DNA of 63,899 nucleotides, filler included, from Ministeria vibrans ATCC 50519 (GCA_943704425.1; 5 parts of 5 records of this genome joined end to end with filler, not necessarily neighbours in it), one strand, 5' to 3'; shown: positions 26,629-36,709, counted from the first letter of the whole stretch. Program-made: numbers and translations. The notes: generated from the sequence alone by a model not told the origin.

Positions 26629-26728
26629 NNNNNNNNNNNNNNNNNNNNNNNNNNNNNNNNNNNNNNNNNNNNTTAATTAATTAANNNNNNNNNNNNNNNN
26701 NNNNNNNNNNNNNNNNNNNNNNNNNNNN
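26629..26728. other. Artificial contig-joining linker (N44-TTAATTAATTAA-N44); same linker at 31125-31224, 57866-57965 and 62427-62526
   Basis: Identical 100-nt N spacer with an all-frame-stop core occurs four times. Confidence 0.97.
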
Positions 26729-26779
26729 CCCTAACCCTAACCCTAACCCTAACCCTAACCCTAACCCTAACCCTAACCC
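26729..26779 (+). repeat. Telomeric repeat (CCCTAA)8, TTAGGG type, at contig start
   Basis: Eight perfect CCCTAA units at the very start of a contig, in the orientation expected for a left chromosome end. Confidence 0.9.
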
Positions 26780-27432
26780 AAAGCACTTAACAGCCGTCAT
26801 CGGCCACAACCAACCCCATAGCAAACGAATCACACACACAACAGCCCACGCCTGCCTTCTCACGCAACAGACCACGATTGCAACGAATACTCAGTTTTCG
26901 AGTTCAACAACGTCATTGCAGCCATTGCGACGATTGTGATGGAACAGAGAACGATACATCCCTAGCACATCTAATGTACACTTACTGGTCGTTTTAGGCT
27001 CTGAAATGTGACAATGATGAATGAGTAAAGACTGAAGAAGTGAAGAGTGAAAAACTGGATTCGAGGTTGGATACATCTACATTAGGATCAAATGGCAGTT
27101 GAAGTCGCTAGCTTATCCGTTGTAAGCGTCGGTACAGTCGCAGAATGTGTCGCTTTTAAAACAGAGAACAAGCGGAGCCTGTAGAGTCTGTTCTGTTGGG
27201 CGGTAGAGGTGACTCGCAAAAAAAAAAGAACCCTTTCTCTCTGTTTTCTCTCCGTCAATCTCTGTCTCAGTCTGTCGCTCAAACGAAACTTCCAAGCCAG
27301 CATGAGAGCAAAGACAGTCAGCCTGACATACACAGTCGTTATCCAGTGAGGTAATCCCTAATAACCCCCAAAATGAGCTATTGGGTCAAGATCAAATACA
27401 TTCATCAAAATGTAAGTAATAAAATCAAGTCG

Positions 27433-28587
27433 CTACAGCTCTCCATTGCGTCGCCGCTCGCGCTCTTGCGCTGTCATATGTGCCACTGCCATGCCGGCCA
27501 CTCCTGCAGTAACCAGCCCGAATAGACCAAGCGCAATTCTGCCGCCCACACCTAAACCTGTGCGAAACATTCATGAAATGCGTCAGAGTCTGCACACTCA
27601 GAGTCGCTTAGATGCCGATACCCTGTTCGCGTGGCTTCTCACGCACCACCATCTCTTGATCATCCAACCACTCCTCCTCCTCCTCCTGTGGCATCAGAGC
27701 CCTGTAGTTGTTTCGTATCTCCCTCATGAGTCGCGCAACACTGTCGAGCCAGCGCTGACCATCCAGAATGTTGAATGTTCCCAAGTCAGAGGGAATAAAG
27801 ACCACTGGCGGCTGGAGATGTGTACGCCTGTCCCAAGTCACTCGCAGCGTTTCGGGGCGGGAAATCAGTTCGACTGTTTTCTCCAACAGATCCCACTCAC
27901 TCCCACGAGCGAGACCTCGAGCGGCGTGCAGAGTCACAAGCTCAATGAAGACAGACGGCACTTTTACCTGCAGCACTCTCTTGACAGCTGCCTTGAGCAG
28001 ACGGATGACGTCTTTGCACTGACTACGTTGGTGTTCTGGAAGGGATCCCATGCGCCTGACAATGGCGACTTGTGTCGGAGTGGACGCAACAAGTCGATAT
28101 CTACGAATTCGAAGTTGATCAACTCCGCTACTTGTTTGTTTACTTTTTACTGTCGAGGCAATAGCTGAGGAGACTGCATTGCTTCCTGACAGGTCGGAAG
28201 AATGTCCATGTCGACAATGACACCTCCGCCGAAGTTTAGATGGCACTGTATGGCGTAGGGAGTGGTTTTTTGGTGTTGGTATTCTCGGTGTTGTGCGAGG
28301 TGGCGATGAATTTCCTGAAGAACGCCAAAGATCCAACCCTCAATGCCCGCGGCTGGAAGACCAATGATCTGAACAACAAGATCAACATCCGAGCCCACAA
28401 TGTTTGTGCCCTTTGCTGTTGAGCCAGCACGATGGGCTTCCGCAACGCGATACGAAAAAGCACTACTGCGTAGCCACTCGCAGACGCGGTCGACAGCCTC
28501 ATTCTGTTGCCGCATCACTTCACGGCGCTCCATAACATGGTCTCTCAGGTAATCGCTGAGTTCAGCTCGAATACTACGGTCGATCAT
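27433..28587 (-). CDS. OAS-like / CD-NTase-like nucleotidyltransferase with C-terminal hydrophobic anchor
   Basis: AGSTAKGT..GSDVDLVV and VDMDILP (Pol-beta-type GS motif plus three Asp); OAS C-terminal-like KDVIRLLK...VPSVFIELVTLHA...PPVVFIPSDLGTFNI; a 64-nt GT-AG intron (27621-27558) joins a last exon GLGVGGRIALGLFGLVTAGVAGMAVAHMTAQERERRRNGEL*. The frame change near 28150 needs a small intron or is a frameshift. Confidence 0.78.
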
Positions 28588-29014
28588 GAGTTAAATAAAT
28601 GAAGAATAAAGAAGAAAGTCAAGAAACACAAGTTTACACAATAAGATGTAGATGGGAAAAAGTGCCAGAGCTAGAAATAGGCACCCACTCATTCGGAGAT
28701 AAAAGGGTTAGAATTGATCAAAAAGATCAAATAAGCAGAAAATGATTGCCTTCTTCTGATGTTTTTGTTGTTTTTGCCAACATTTTTGTCATCATGAGAA
28801 ATACCCTTTGGCACTTTTTCTGATTTCTCTTATAAGACGTAGATGAGGAAAAGTGCCAGAGCCAAAGAGGCATAAAAGCGTGAGAAAACTGATTAAATAA
28901 GCAGAATATAATTGCCTTCTTCCTGATGTTTTTGTTGTTTTTGCCAAGAAGTGAATTTCTGAAATTTTATTCTTCCGATTCTTCGCTCCAGTATTCCTCC
29001 TCCTCGTCCTTGAA

Positions 29015-29200
29015 AAGCGTGATTTTTGTTTTGTTGAAAGGAGCGACTTTGTTTGGGTTGAAAGGAGCGACTTTGTTTGTGTTGAAAGGAGCGACTTTGT
29101 TTGTGTTGAAAGGAGCGACTTTGTTTTGTTGAAAAGGCTTGATTTTTGTTTTGTTGAAAAGGCTTGATTTTTGTTTTGTTGAAAAGCGTGAATTTTGTTT
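29015..29200. repeat. Subtelomeric minisatellite, ~22-24-nt unit (TTGTTGAAAGGAGCGACTTTGT and variants)
   Basis: About 8 visible tandem copies of two related variants. Confidence 0.85.
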
Positions 29201-29750
29201 ATTGATTAAATCGCTTAAGAGTAGAAAAAAGGGCTTGGATTTCAGTAGGTGGGATGTTGTGGTGTTTGAGGAAGTCGGTAAGGACAGTGTTGCGTGTGGG
29301 CACAGGAAAACGCCACGTTGAGACGGTCGTCTTAGTTTCGTCGCGTTCGTGTTTGGTTTTGTTGTCGAGTTTTTGTTTCGTGTGCGCCGGGCGGGACACG
29401 GACATCACATGGTCGTCGTCGTCGTCGTCCTCTTTCTCATCCGTGTCCTCTTTGTCTTCGTCTTCGGAATACTCAACCAGAGGGTTGGGGTCGACGATTG
29501 TTGAAGTTGAATAGTTTGACAAAATCACATCACGGGGCTCAAAGACATACTGTCCGAATGAGGGCTTGAACTGATGCATTCTGACGAGATGCGTTTTGAG
29601 GGTGTATGGGTTGCCATGTAATCGTGATGATGGGCAGCCTTGGACGAGACATTTGTACCCTTGAGTTCCCGTCGCTGAATCGTCAACAAGAGTAAGGCTG
29701 AAATAGTTCCAAACATGCTCACCATCACGAGGCTTCTTGGTGTACGGCAT
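29199..29750 (-). CDS. BED zinc-finger protein, possible hAT-transposase remnant
   Basis: HVWNYF...YKCLVQGC...PYTLKTHLVRMH fits the BED finger pattern (W-x-Y-F, C-x4-C, L-x-x-H-L-x3-H); no catalytic transposase domain visible. Confidence 0.65.
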   Translation of the reverse strand: MPYTKKPRDGEHVWNYFSLTLVDDSATGTQGYKCLVQGCPSSRLHGNPYTLKTHLVRMHQFKPSFGQYVFEPRDVILSNYSTSTIVDPNPLVEYSEDEDKEDTDEKEDDDDDDHVMSVSRPAHTKQKLDNKTKHERDETKTTVSTWRFPVPTRNTVLTDFLKHHNIPPTEIQALFSTLKRFNQ

Positions 29751-30244
29751 GGTTTAAGGGGAAGTGTGAAAAGTGAGAAGAGAAGAGAAATGAGTGAAAG
29801 GCTGAAAGCTGAAAAGAGTGTTTTTGTTTGTTCTGAAGACAGAATAAAAGTGTGAAGACAAAATAAAAGTGGTTTGCTCAAACTGGATTATGGGACTATT
29901 TTCTTTGTTTTTCGTATTGGCTTCATGCCACCCGCACCCGTTTACCGTCGTGAAACACGAGTCGTGATGGCCCACTGCAAGTCGTCGACAAGTAGCGACG
30001 CGACCATCCGAGTGTCACCACCTCCCCGTACAACCATTCTGTTCAAACAGAAAAAACAAAACAACTCAGTTGATCGACTTGTTTGAGGGCAGCATCGCCA
30101 GAGTGAGTAGGATGAGGACAGACAACATACACATCACGAAGCAGCGATGTATCTGTTCAATACAAGGTTGATCGAACCGTCTTACTTTTGCTCCGTTCTG
30201 TTTTACTTCGATCAAAGCGAACAGAACTCCAATAGAACCAAACT

Positions 30245-30705
30245 GGTGATAATCGATTGATAGCCTGGTTCAGGCAAATCAACAAAACAAGTCGGCGCAA
30301 TAGGGGGTGGAGGTAGGAGGTGGTGATGATCGATTGGTCGCCTGGTCCATGCAAATCAGTAAAAACAAGACGGTGCAGTAGGAGGTGGTGATCGATGATC
30401 CATGCAAATCAGCAAAAACAAGACGGTGCAGTAGGAGGTGGTGATACCGTGATAGTGGATTGGTCGTCTGGTCCAGGCAAATCAGCAAAAGCAAGACGGT
30501 GCAGTGATCATCGATGGTCCATGCAAATCAGCAAAAACAAGACGTTGCAGTAAGTGGTGGTGATGGAGGTGGTGATAGTGGATTGGTCGTCTGGTCCAAG
30601 CAAATCAGCAAAAACAAGACGCTGCAGTAAGAGGTGGTGATAGTGGATTGGTCGTCTGGTCCAGGCAAATCAGCAAAAACAAGTCGGTGCAGTAAGAGGT
30701 GGTGG
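30245..30705. repeat. Imperfect tandem repeat, ~50-75-nt units with core GCAAATCAGCAAAAACAAGACGGTGCAGTAGGAGGTGGTGAT
   Basis: About 7 copies of the core seen directly. Confidence 0.85.
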
Positions 30706-30744
30706 GTGGTAGTCGTGTGTCCATCAAATCACTGTTTTTCAACA

Positions 30745-31124
30745 ATGAAATATTTAATATTAATTGTGTTTTGTTCTGTGTTTTCTGTCGGAGTGGAGCT
30801 GGCAGATTTTCCTGTCTGTCACAACAAAGACACAGAACTCGGTGAGCTGGGTTGCAGTGGGGAAGTCTGCACAGAGTCCACTGTTGATCTCACTCGAGTG
30901 GGGTCCATTGAAACATACCATGACAACTTCACCACCATTTGGGAATTGTCTATTGCGCCAGGTAGATCGATCCCACTCCACCGCCACGACCACAACTTCC
31001 TTATGATCCCCATTATACCGTCCCGCCTTGCCTTGTTCAACAAAGACGGTACATTCGAAAAACAGTGCAATACCGAAAAACTGGATCCTGATTTGAAATT
31101 CCAAAAAATACTTTTTAATATCGG
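30745..31124 (+). CDS. Small secreted cupin-domain protein, 3'-truncated at contig end
   Basis: Signal-peptide-like MKYLILIVFCSVFSVG; VGSIETYHDNFTTIWELSIAPGRSIPLHRHDHNF resembles cupin motif 1 (PG..PLHxH). Confidence 0.55.
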
Positions 31125-31275
31125 NNNNNNNNNNNNNNNNNNNNNNNNNNNNNNNNNNNNNNNNNNNNTTAATTAATTAANNNNNNNNNNNNNNNNNNNN
31201 NNNNNNNNNNNNNNNNNNNNNNNNGGCTCACTTCTTCCAGGAGGCGCAGTCGTACACGGGCAAGAAAAAAAAAGT

Positions 31276-32583
31276 TTAGGCCTTCTTGTACTCAATCTTC
31301 TCGACCTTGACATCAGTGCCAACAAGCTGGTAGACGTAGACAACGGCGGCTGAGCCCTGCACGTCCATCAACACAAAGGAGGGAGTCACCTCACTACGAC
31401 ACAAACAAAACAAAACAAACAGTTCACGGGGGAGGGAGGCTGTGACGGATGAGCTGACCTGGTAAGTGAGCTGTACGCACCCGTGGCACTTCCTGGGTTG
31501 ACAAAAAACTTTCCGTCGCGCTGGAACGACTCGTACTTGTGCGTGTGTCCGGTAATCAGAATGTCCACATCCAACTGAATGGAGAAGACAAGCAAGGGTG
31601 AATGGGGAAACGAGAGATGACCGTGTTGTACCTGTCGTTGCAAAAGAGACAACGCCTCGACATCACCCCATGGCACTACGGTGTGTCCGTGGCAAAGGCC
31701 AATTTTCAACTGACCAACTGTGACGACCTTTTGGTCGGGGTACGCGGGGTTCTATTGGAGAGACGCAGAGAATGAAGTTGACAGATTGAATTGACAGGGA
31801 AGCAGAACAAGTGTGTACCTCATCGAAATCTCCCTTGACAACATGCACGTCACTTGCGAGCGACTTGAGGTAATCAAAACTTTCCTGCAACACACAAAGA
31901 GATATTTTGAGAGTAAAGAAAAAAGAGACGGGCTCTACGACTGAACTACAGCCTAGAGAGACGTTGAGGGGCGGGCGGGGTTCGGCACGGGCACAGCGAG
32001 GGGGTGCGGAGGGCAGGATGGCGAGGGGATGGCACTGCCATTGCGATGTTGCTCTGTCGCTTTGTGACGCGCTTGGAGGGGGTTCAGTGGGACGCAAGGA
32101 AGACAACCCGCATGATCGCAACCATCCATGTCCGCCCCACATCGACATGGGAGCGCCAGGCGGCAATGAAGCGAGAAGCGCAAAAAAAAAAAAAAAAAAA
32201 AAAAAGAGACGACTGCGAATGAGCGGAAGACGACAAAAGGAAAAGGGGGCTTGGCGATGACGACAGCCGCGGGCAGGGAGTGGCTTTGGGTTGCTCCAGT
32301 GGCTGGTCGGATCAGGCCCCGTGCGGTGCATAAGACGCCCAATTCGCTGCGTTTGCTTTTTTTTTCTCCAACCAACCTTAGTGCATAAGTTTCCCGTGCA
32401 CAGAACGTGTTGGATTTTTCCCGGCACCTACATAGCAAAGAGAAGGTGAAGAGATGGAGTGAGACAGGAGTCGGGGAGGACGAGGAGCGAGGAGACGGTC
32501 CGTACCAAGAGCTTCTTGAATTTGGCTGGCAAGTCGTTTGACCTGTGTGGAATGTGAAGATCGCCAAGTACTAAGACAAGCAT
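31276..32583 (-). CDS. VPS29: Retromer subunit VPS29, 6 exons
   Basis: [91 protein letters not shown]. Confidence 0.97.
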
Positions 32584-32725
32584 GTTTGATTACAAAATAG
32601 GAGAAGAAATAATGTATAGCTAAATGTAAAAGAGGATCAAAGATAACTTATAATGATACCAAGTTCAATACGGATTCAATACGAATAATGTTCATAACTA
32701 GTAATAATTACATAATAATACACTC

Positions 32726-35700
32726 ATGTCTGACCCTAACGCTATCTCACGGCGCTCGATGGTGCGTGCCGGGTACTACGACGATCCCTTTGTGCGGCAT
32801 TTTGTTGCCAAGCTGAAGCAGCGATCGGCCGTTGTGCACCGCCTCCAGTTCGCCATGGCCCACCTCCACGACGCGTTTATCGACGCGTTTGTCACGCGCC
32901 ACGACGGACCCGTGCAGCTTGTACTGGTTGGCTGTGGCGACGACACGAGTACCTTTCGACTTGCGCAACGCCAGGGGTCGAAAGGTCGCTGTGTGCGAGT
33001 GTTCGACCTGGAACGAGACGCAGTGCAATGCAGACGACGGGCAACGATGCAGCCGCACGCCTCTATGCAGGCCTTGATCAGGGATGCATATGCTGAACGG
33101 CCGTGTACTCCATTGGGCGTCGAGCTTTTGCTGTTGTCTGTGGGCGACCCACACACTGAGGTGTTGACGGACGTTCTCCAGCGAGCAGGCTTTGTTGGTG
33201 CACTGCCCACGGCCGTCGTGCTTGGTGACCACCACGCCCTTGTCAGTCCAAATGCACTCTCCATTGTCCTTCAATACCCTTGTGTGACCGCTCTGACGTT
33301 GGCAGAGGACGTTGCAGAGTACGTCTTCACAAGTCAAGTGCCAACTCGTCAATGTTTGTTTGTGTAGGATGCGCGACGGTCATGCCAGCATTGAATCGAC
33401 TTCATTTGATTTGTGGACTTACTACTACACGGTGATGAGTGAGGCGGAGCGCACCAGAGTACAGTCACTGGAAGTCTTTTTCGAGCATGAGACCTGGCTG
33501 CGAGTTGCGCGTGCAAGATGTGTGCGTCTTTACGGGAACACAACCATTTTTTCCCGTGATGTTGACGATGGCCGTTCTTTGTCGGGGGAGTCGTCGTCTT
33601 GCGCAGGGCGTGTTGACAGCACTGTCACTCAGTTAGACATTGGTACGCGAGCGAGTGCCTCGCAGGGACGCATTGCACGTTGGGGGCACACGGTGTGTGC
33701 CAGTAGTGAGGGAGCCGTTCTCTTTGGAGGCTACTCAAGTGCTTCTGCGCCTCTCAATGACGTCCATTGTCTGTCCCGACGCACACTTACATGGCGACCC
33801 CTTGTCACAGGAGGGTGTCCGCCTGCAGGGCGTGCCTACCACGCGGCAGTCTCGCTGGGAGGAATGGCACTCCTTGTGGTAGGTGGACATGGTACTCGCA
33901 CGAGCGCACATCTTCCTCCACGTGCCTGGTTGTTAGATTGTGGTTCTAGCGCGAGTGGTGGACGATGGCTTGATCGTGTGCACCTGCCGGGTTTGGCTCG
34001 GTTTCGCCTGGCCATGGACATGGAACAGATTCACGACGACACGGACGAGGGAAGCACGCAGTGGCGCGTGGTCGCTTGCGGAGGACTTGCAGCTGATGAA
34101 CCAGGTGTGCTCCACGACAATGTTGTCATGTTGCGTCTGCGGCGTGACGAGAATGCGTCGTGGCAGACGCTCGACGACGATTGGCGCACGTTAGTGTTGG
34201 GTACACAACAACGGGGACGCCACTCACACTCCTTGACGCGTCTGAGCGCCGGCACCTTCTTTATGTACGGAGGAATGGACGCGTCAGAGCGGTTGCTTGG
34301 AGATCCCTGTCTCTTGCACCTTGGTGCGACCAACTCTGCAACGATCACGGATCTGACTGCGCATTTTGATCCGCCGCTGCCGCGTGTGTTTGGGCACAGA
34401 ACCACGGCATCGTCGGACGGAACGCGACTCGTCATCCTGGGTGGTGTGTTCGAAGAGAACTATTGTGATCGCGTTGCACTTGTGGTCGATTTGTCGACCT
34501 TTGTGTGGGAGTGGTGTGACACGGAGACTGTGTTGTTGGGTGCGTCGCCCACCGCACTGTATGGCCACGCGACGTGTGTGCTTGCAGACACCAGGCGACT
34601 GCTGCTGTGCGGCGGAGGTGACAGTCTCTTGCATCGGTGCGAACCTGTCACTCGTGTGTTGGAGGTACCCTTTGGATTGGAAAGTGTGGCAGCAGCGGAG
34701 TCTGTTGTTGCGCAGCCGGCGATAGTGACCACGGGAACACCCGCAACGCGTGCGATTCGCTCCGTCGACGCACTGACAGAAGAGGAGTTTGAGCACGCAT
34801 GCGAGCACAGCCGCACACCCTTTGTTCTGCGTGGTTGTTCGCTTGGCACTGCTGTTGAGGAGTGGACACCCGAATTTTTGAGTACTGTGGGTCGGGGTGT
34901 GTCTGTCCCTGTGCACTGCTGCGAAGACGACCAGCTCGATTTTATTGCGAAGAATTATGCGCTGCGCACGCTCGAGTTTGATGAGCTCGTTCGACGTGTG
35001 TTTGACGTGTCGTCGGACGCGCGTATGTATCTGCGCAGCGTGGGCAACGACGTGCGCAAGGAGCGTGCCGACATGCGCCTGACCTTTCCCGCCCTCGGCA
35101 TGACCTTTGCGCTTCCGGCTGCAATGGAGGCGCGAGTGAGTGCGCGCCACTTTTCGACGGCGCTGCGTGTGGGGTCACAGGGCATCCGTGTGTTCACGCA
35201 CTACGACATATGTGACAATGTACTGTGTCAAGTGCGTGGCGAGAAGCGTGTCACCGTTGCGGCGCCCGAGAGTGCGCATGCGCTGTCCGTGCATGGCTCG
35301 CAGTCGCGTGTGGTTGATCTCAAAGACGACTGCGCCTCGCAGCTGCATCCTCGCTTTGCCCAAGTACAGCGCTACGAAACCACATTGGGTCCCGGTGACA
35401 TTCTCTTTATTCCCGCCTGTTGGTACGTTCTCTGCAATTGTTGATTGATTGTTTGTTGGCAGGTTTCATTCCACTGAGTCGCTGACACCGGTGTCTCTGT
35501 GAATGGCAGGTTTCATTCCACCGAGTCGCTGACACCGTGTGTCTCTGTGAATGCGTTTTTTACGCATTTGCAAGCCAGCGACTACTGCCCTCGGGATTTG
35601 TATGGGTCGAAAGATTTGACCGAGGTACGCGATAATAATAATAATTGAAGCATGTCTCACCTTTGTTATGGTAGGCAACCAAGGCATTGGATGATGTAGA

Positions 35701-35797
35701 GCGTGCCTTGGTGCGCCTAAGACAGCTGCCGCAGTACTATGCGAGGTTTTATGCATCGATTGCGGCCGGCAAGTGTTTGCAGGAGCTGAATGGGTAA
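32726..35797 (+). CDS. tRNA wybutosine-synthesis protein: LCMT2/TYW4-like methyltransferase + Kelch + TYW5-like JmjC fusion
   Basis: SRRSMVRAGYYDDPFVRHFV, QLVLVGCGDDT, LEVFFEHE (LCM-like, divergent); Kelch repeats RWGHT, RAYHAA, RHSHS; JmjC MYLRSVGNDVRKE, FTHYDICDNVLCQVRGEKRV, GDILFIPACWFH, DLYGSKDL. Confidence 0.8.
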
Positions 35798-36358
35798 TGT
35801 ATAATAAATGAATGAGGAATTGGCGCCTCCCGACTATACGACAGATCCGTAGACTTAGTGAGTCATAGCCCATTAAAGACTATACAAGAATAGCTCACGC
35901 GTTTCCACTAAAAATACATGGGTTGAATGGTACGCAATAGTGTGCCCATGGGGGCGGGAAGGCAGGTGCTGCTACGCGTCTCAAGGGGCGGGCCAAATGA
36001 ATAGTCACAGCTGGCTGTGGGCCAGAGTGTCTGCTGCCTTGCCGCGCTTGTTGGTGTCTCATGGCGAGTTTGTTTATGGTTACTTAATCAGCTCGTCGCG
36101 CGACAGCGAGGTGAGTGGCTTCCTCGTGTTTTGAGCGAGGACAACTCGTGCGACTCACAACGAACTAACAACTACCTCCCTCATTTCACAACTAACCTTG
36201 GTTAGACAAACTATAAAGGAATACCAATGGATGCTAATGAGTATGACTAGTTTTGAGGAGTCCGTGGCACTTGAATTGAAATAAAATATAATTTATGAAA
36301 ATAAGGTTAAATAGCACTTTTTGGGAAAAACCTTCATCTACCTGAAAATCACCAAATA

Positions 36359-36437
36359 CCCGGCGTCGGGCTGTTAAAGCCCGGCTAGCTCAGTCGGTAG
36401 AGCACAAGACTCTTAATCTTGCGGTCGCCGGTTCGAG
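36359..36437 (+). tRNA. Circularly permuted tRNA-Lys(CUU), copy 1: positions 60-73 at 36359-36372, spacer GTTAAA, positions 1-59 at 36379-36437
   Basis: 5' piece GCCCGGC TA GCTC AGTCGGTA GAGC A CAAGA CT-CTT-AA TCTTG CGGTC GCCGG TTCGAG lacks its 3' end; upstream C CCGGC GTCGGGC T supplies the T-stem and acceptor-stem 3' strands; flanks form a BHB motif; oligo-T terminator follows. Confidence 0.9.
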
Positions 36438-36442
36438 AGTGG

Positions 36443-36453
36443 TTTTTTTTTTT
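36443..36453 (+). terminator. RNA polymerase III oligo-T terminator of permuted tRNA copy 1
   Basis: T11 run right after the GTGG trailer; copy 2 has the equivalent run at 54684-54693 on the minus strand. Confidence 0.75.
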
Positions 36454-36552
36454 GCTTTTTTTGCTTTTATCGTTTTTTTTTTTTCTATGGGTTGAATGAA
36501 ATGAAGTTGAAATCTTCTTTTTTCTGTTTCTGATACTATTGTTCTCCATTGT

Positions 36553-36676
36553 CTACATATCGTTTCTTTTACATGGACGCTCCATCTTCCTGAAATTGGG
36601 GCTGGTCTGTGCCGGAAGCATTGTACTACTCTTAATAATAATGATTTTTTTAATATTATATTTTTTATTAATAATA

Positions 36677-36709
<33 letters not shown>

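Noticed and set aside
26673-26684. Repeated palindromic TTAATTAATTAA as a biological site
   Set aside because: Always centred in identical N spacers; it is a contig-concatenation linker.
30245-30705. CRISPR-like repeat array
   Set aside because: Inter-repeat segments are themselves related and variable in length, there are no cas genes and the context is eukaryotic subtelomere; it is a minisatellite.
36379-36453. Truncated tRNA pseudogene or tRNA-derived SINE head
   Set aside because: The missing 14 nt lie immediately upstream with full stem complementarity and BHB geometry in both copies; permutation explains this better.
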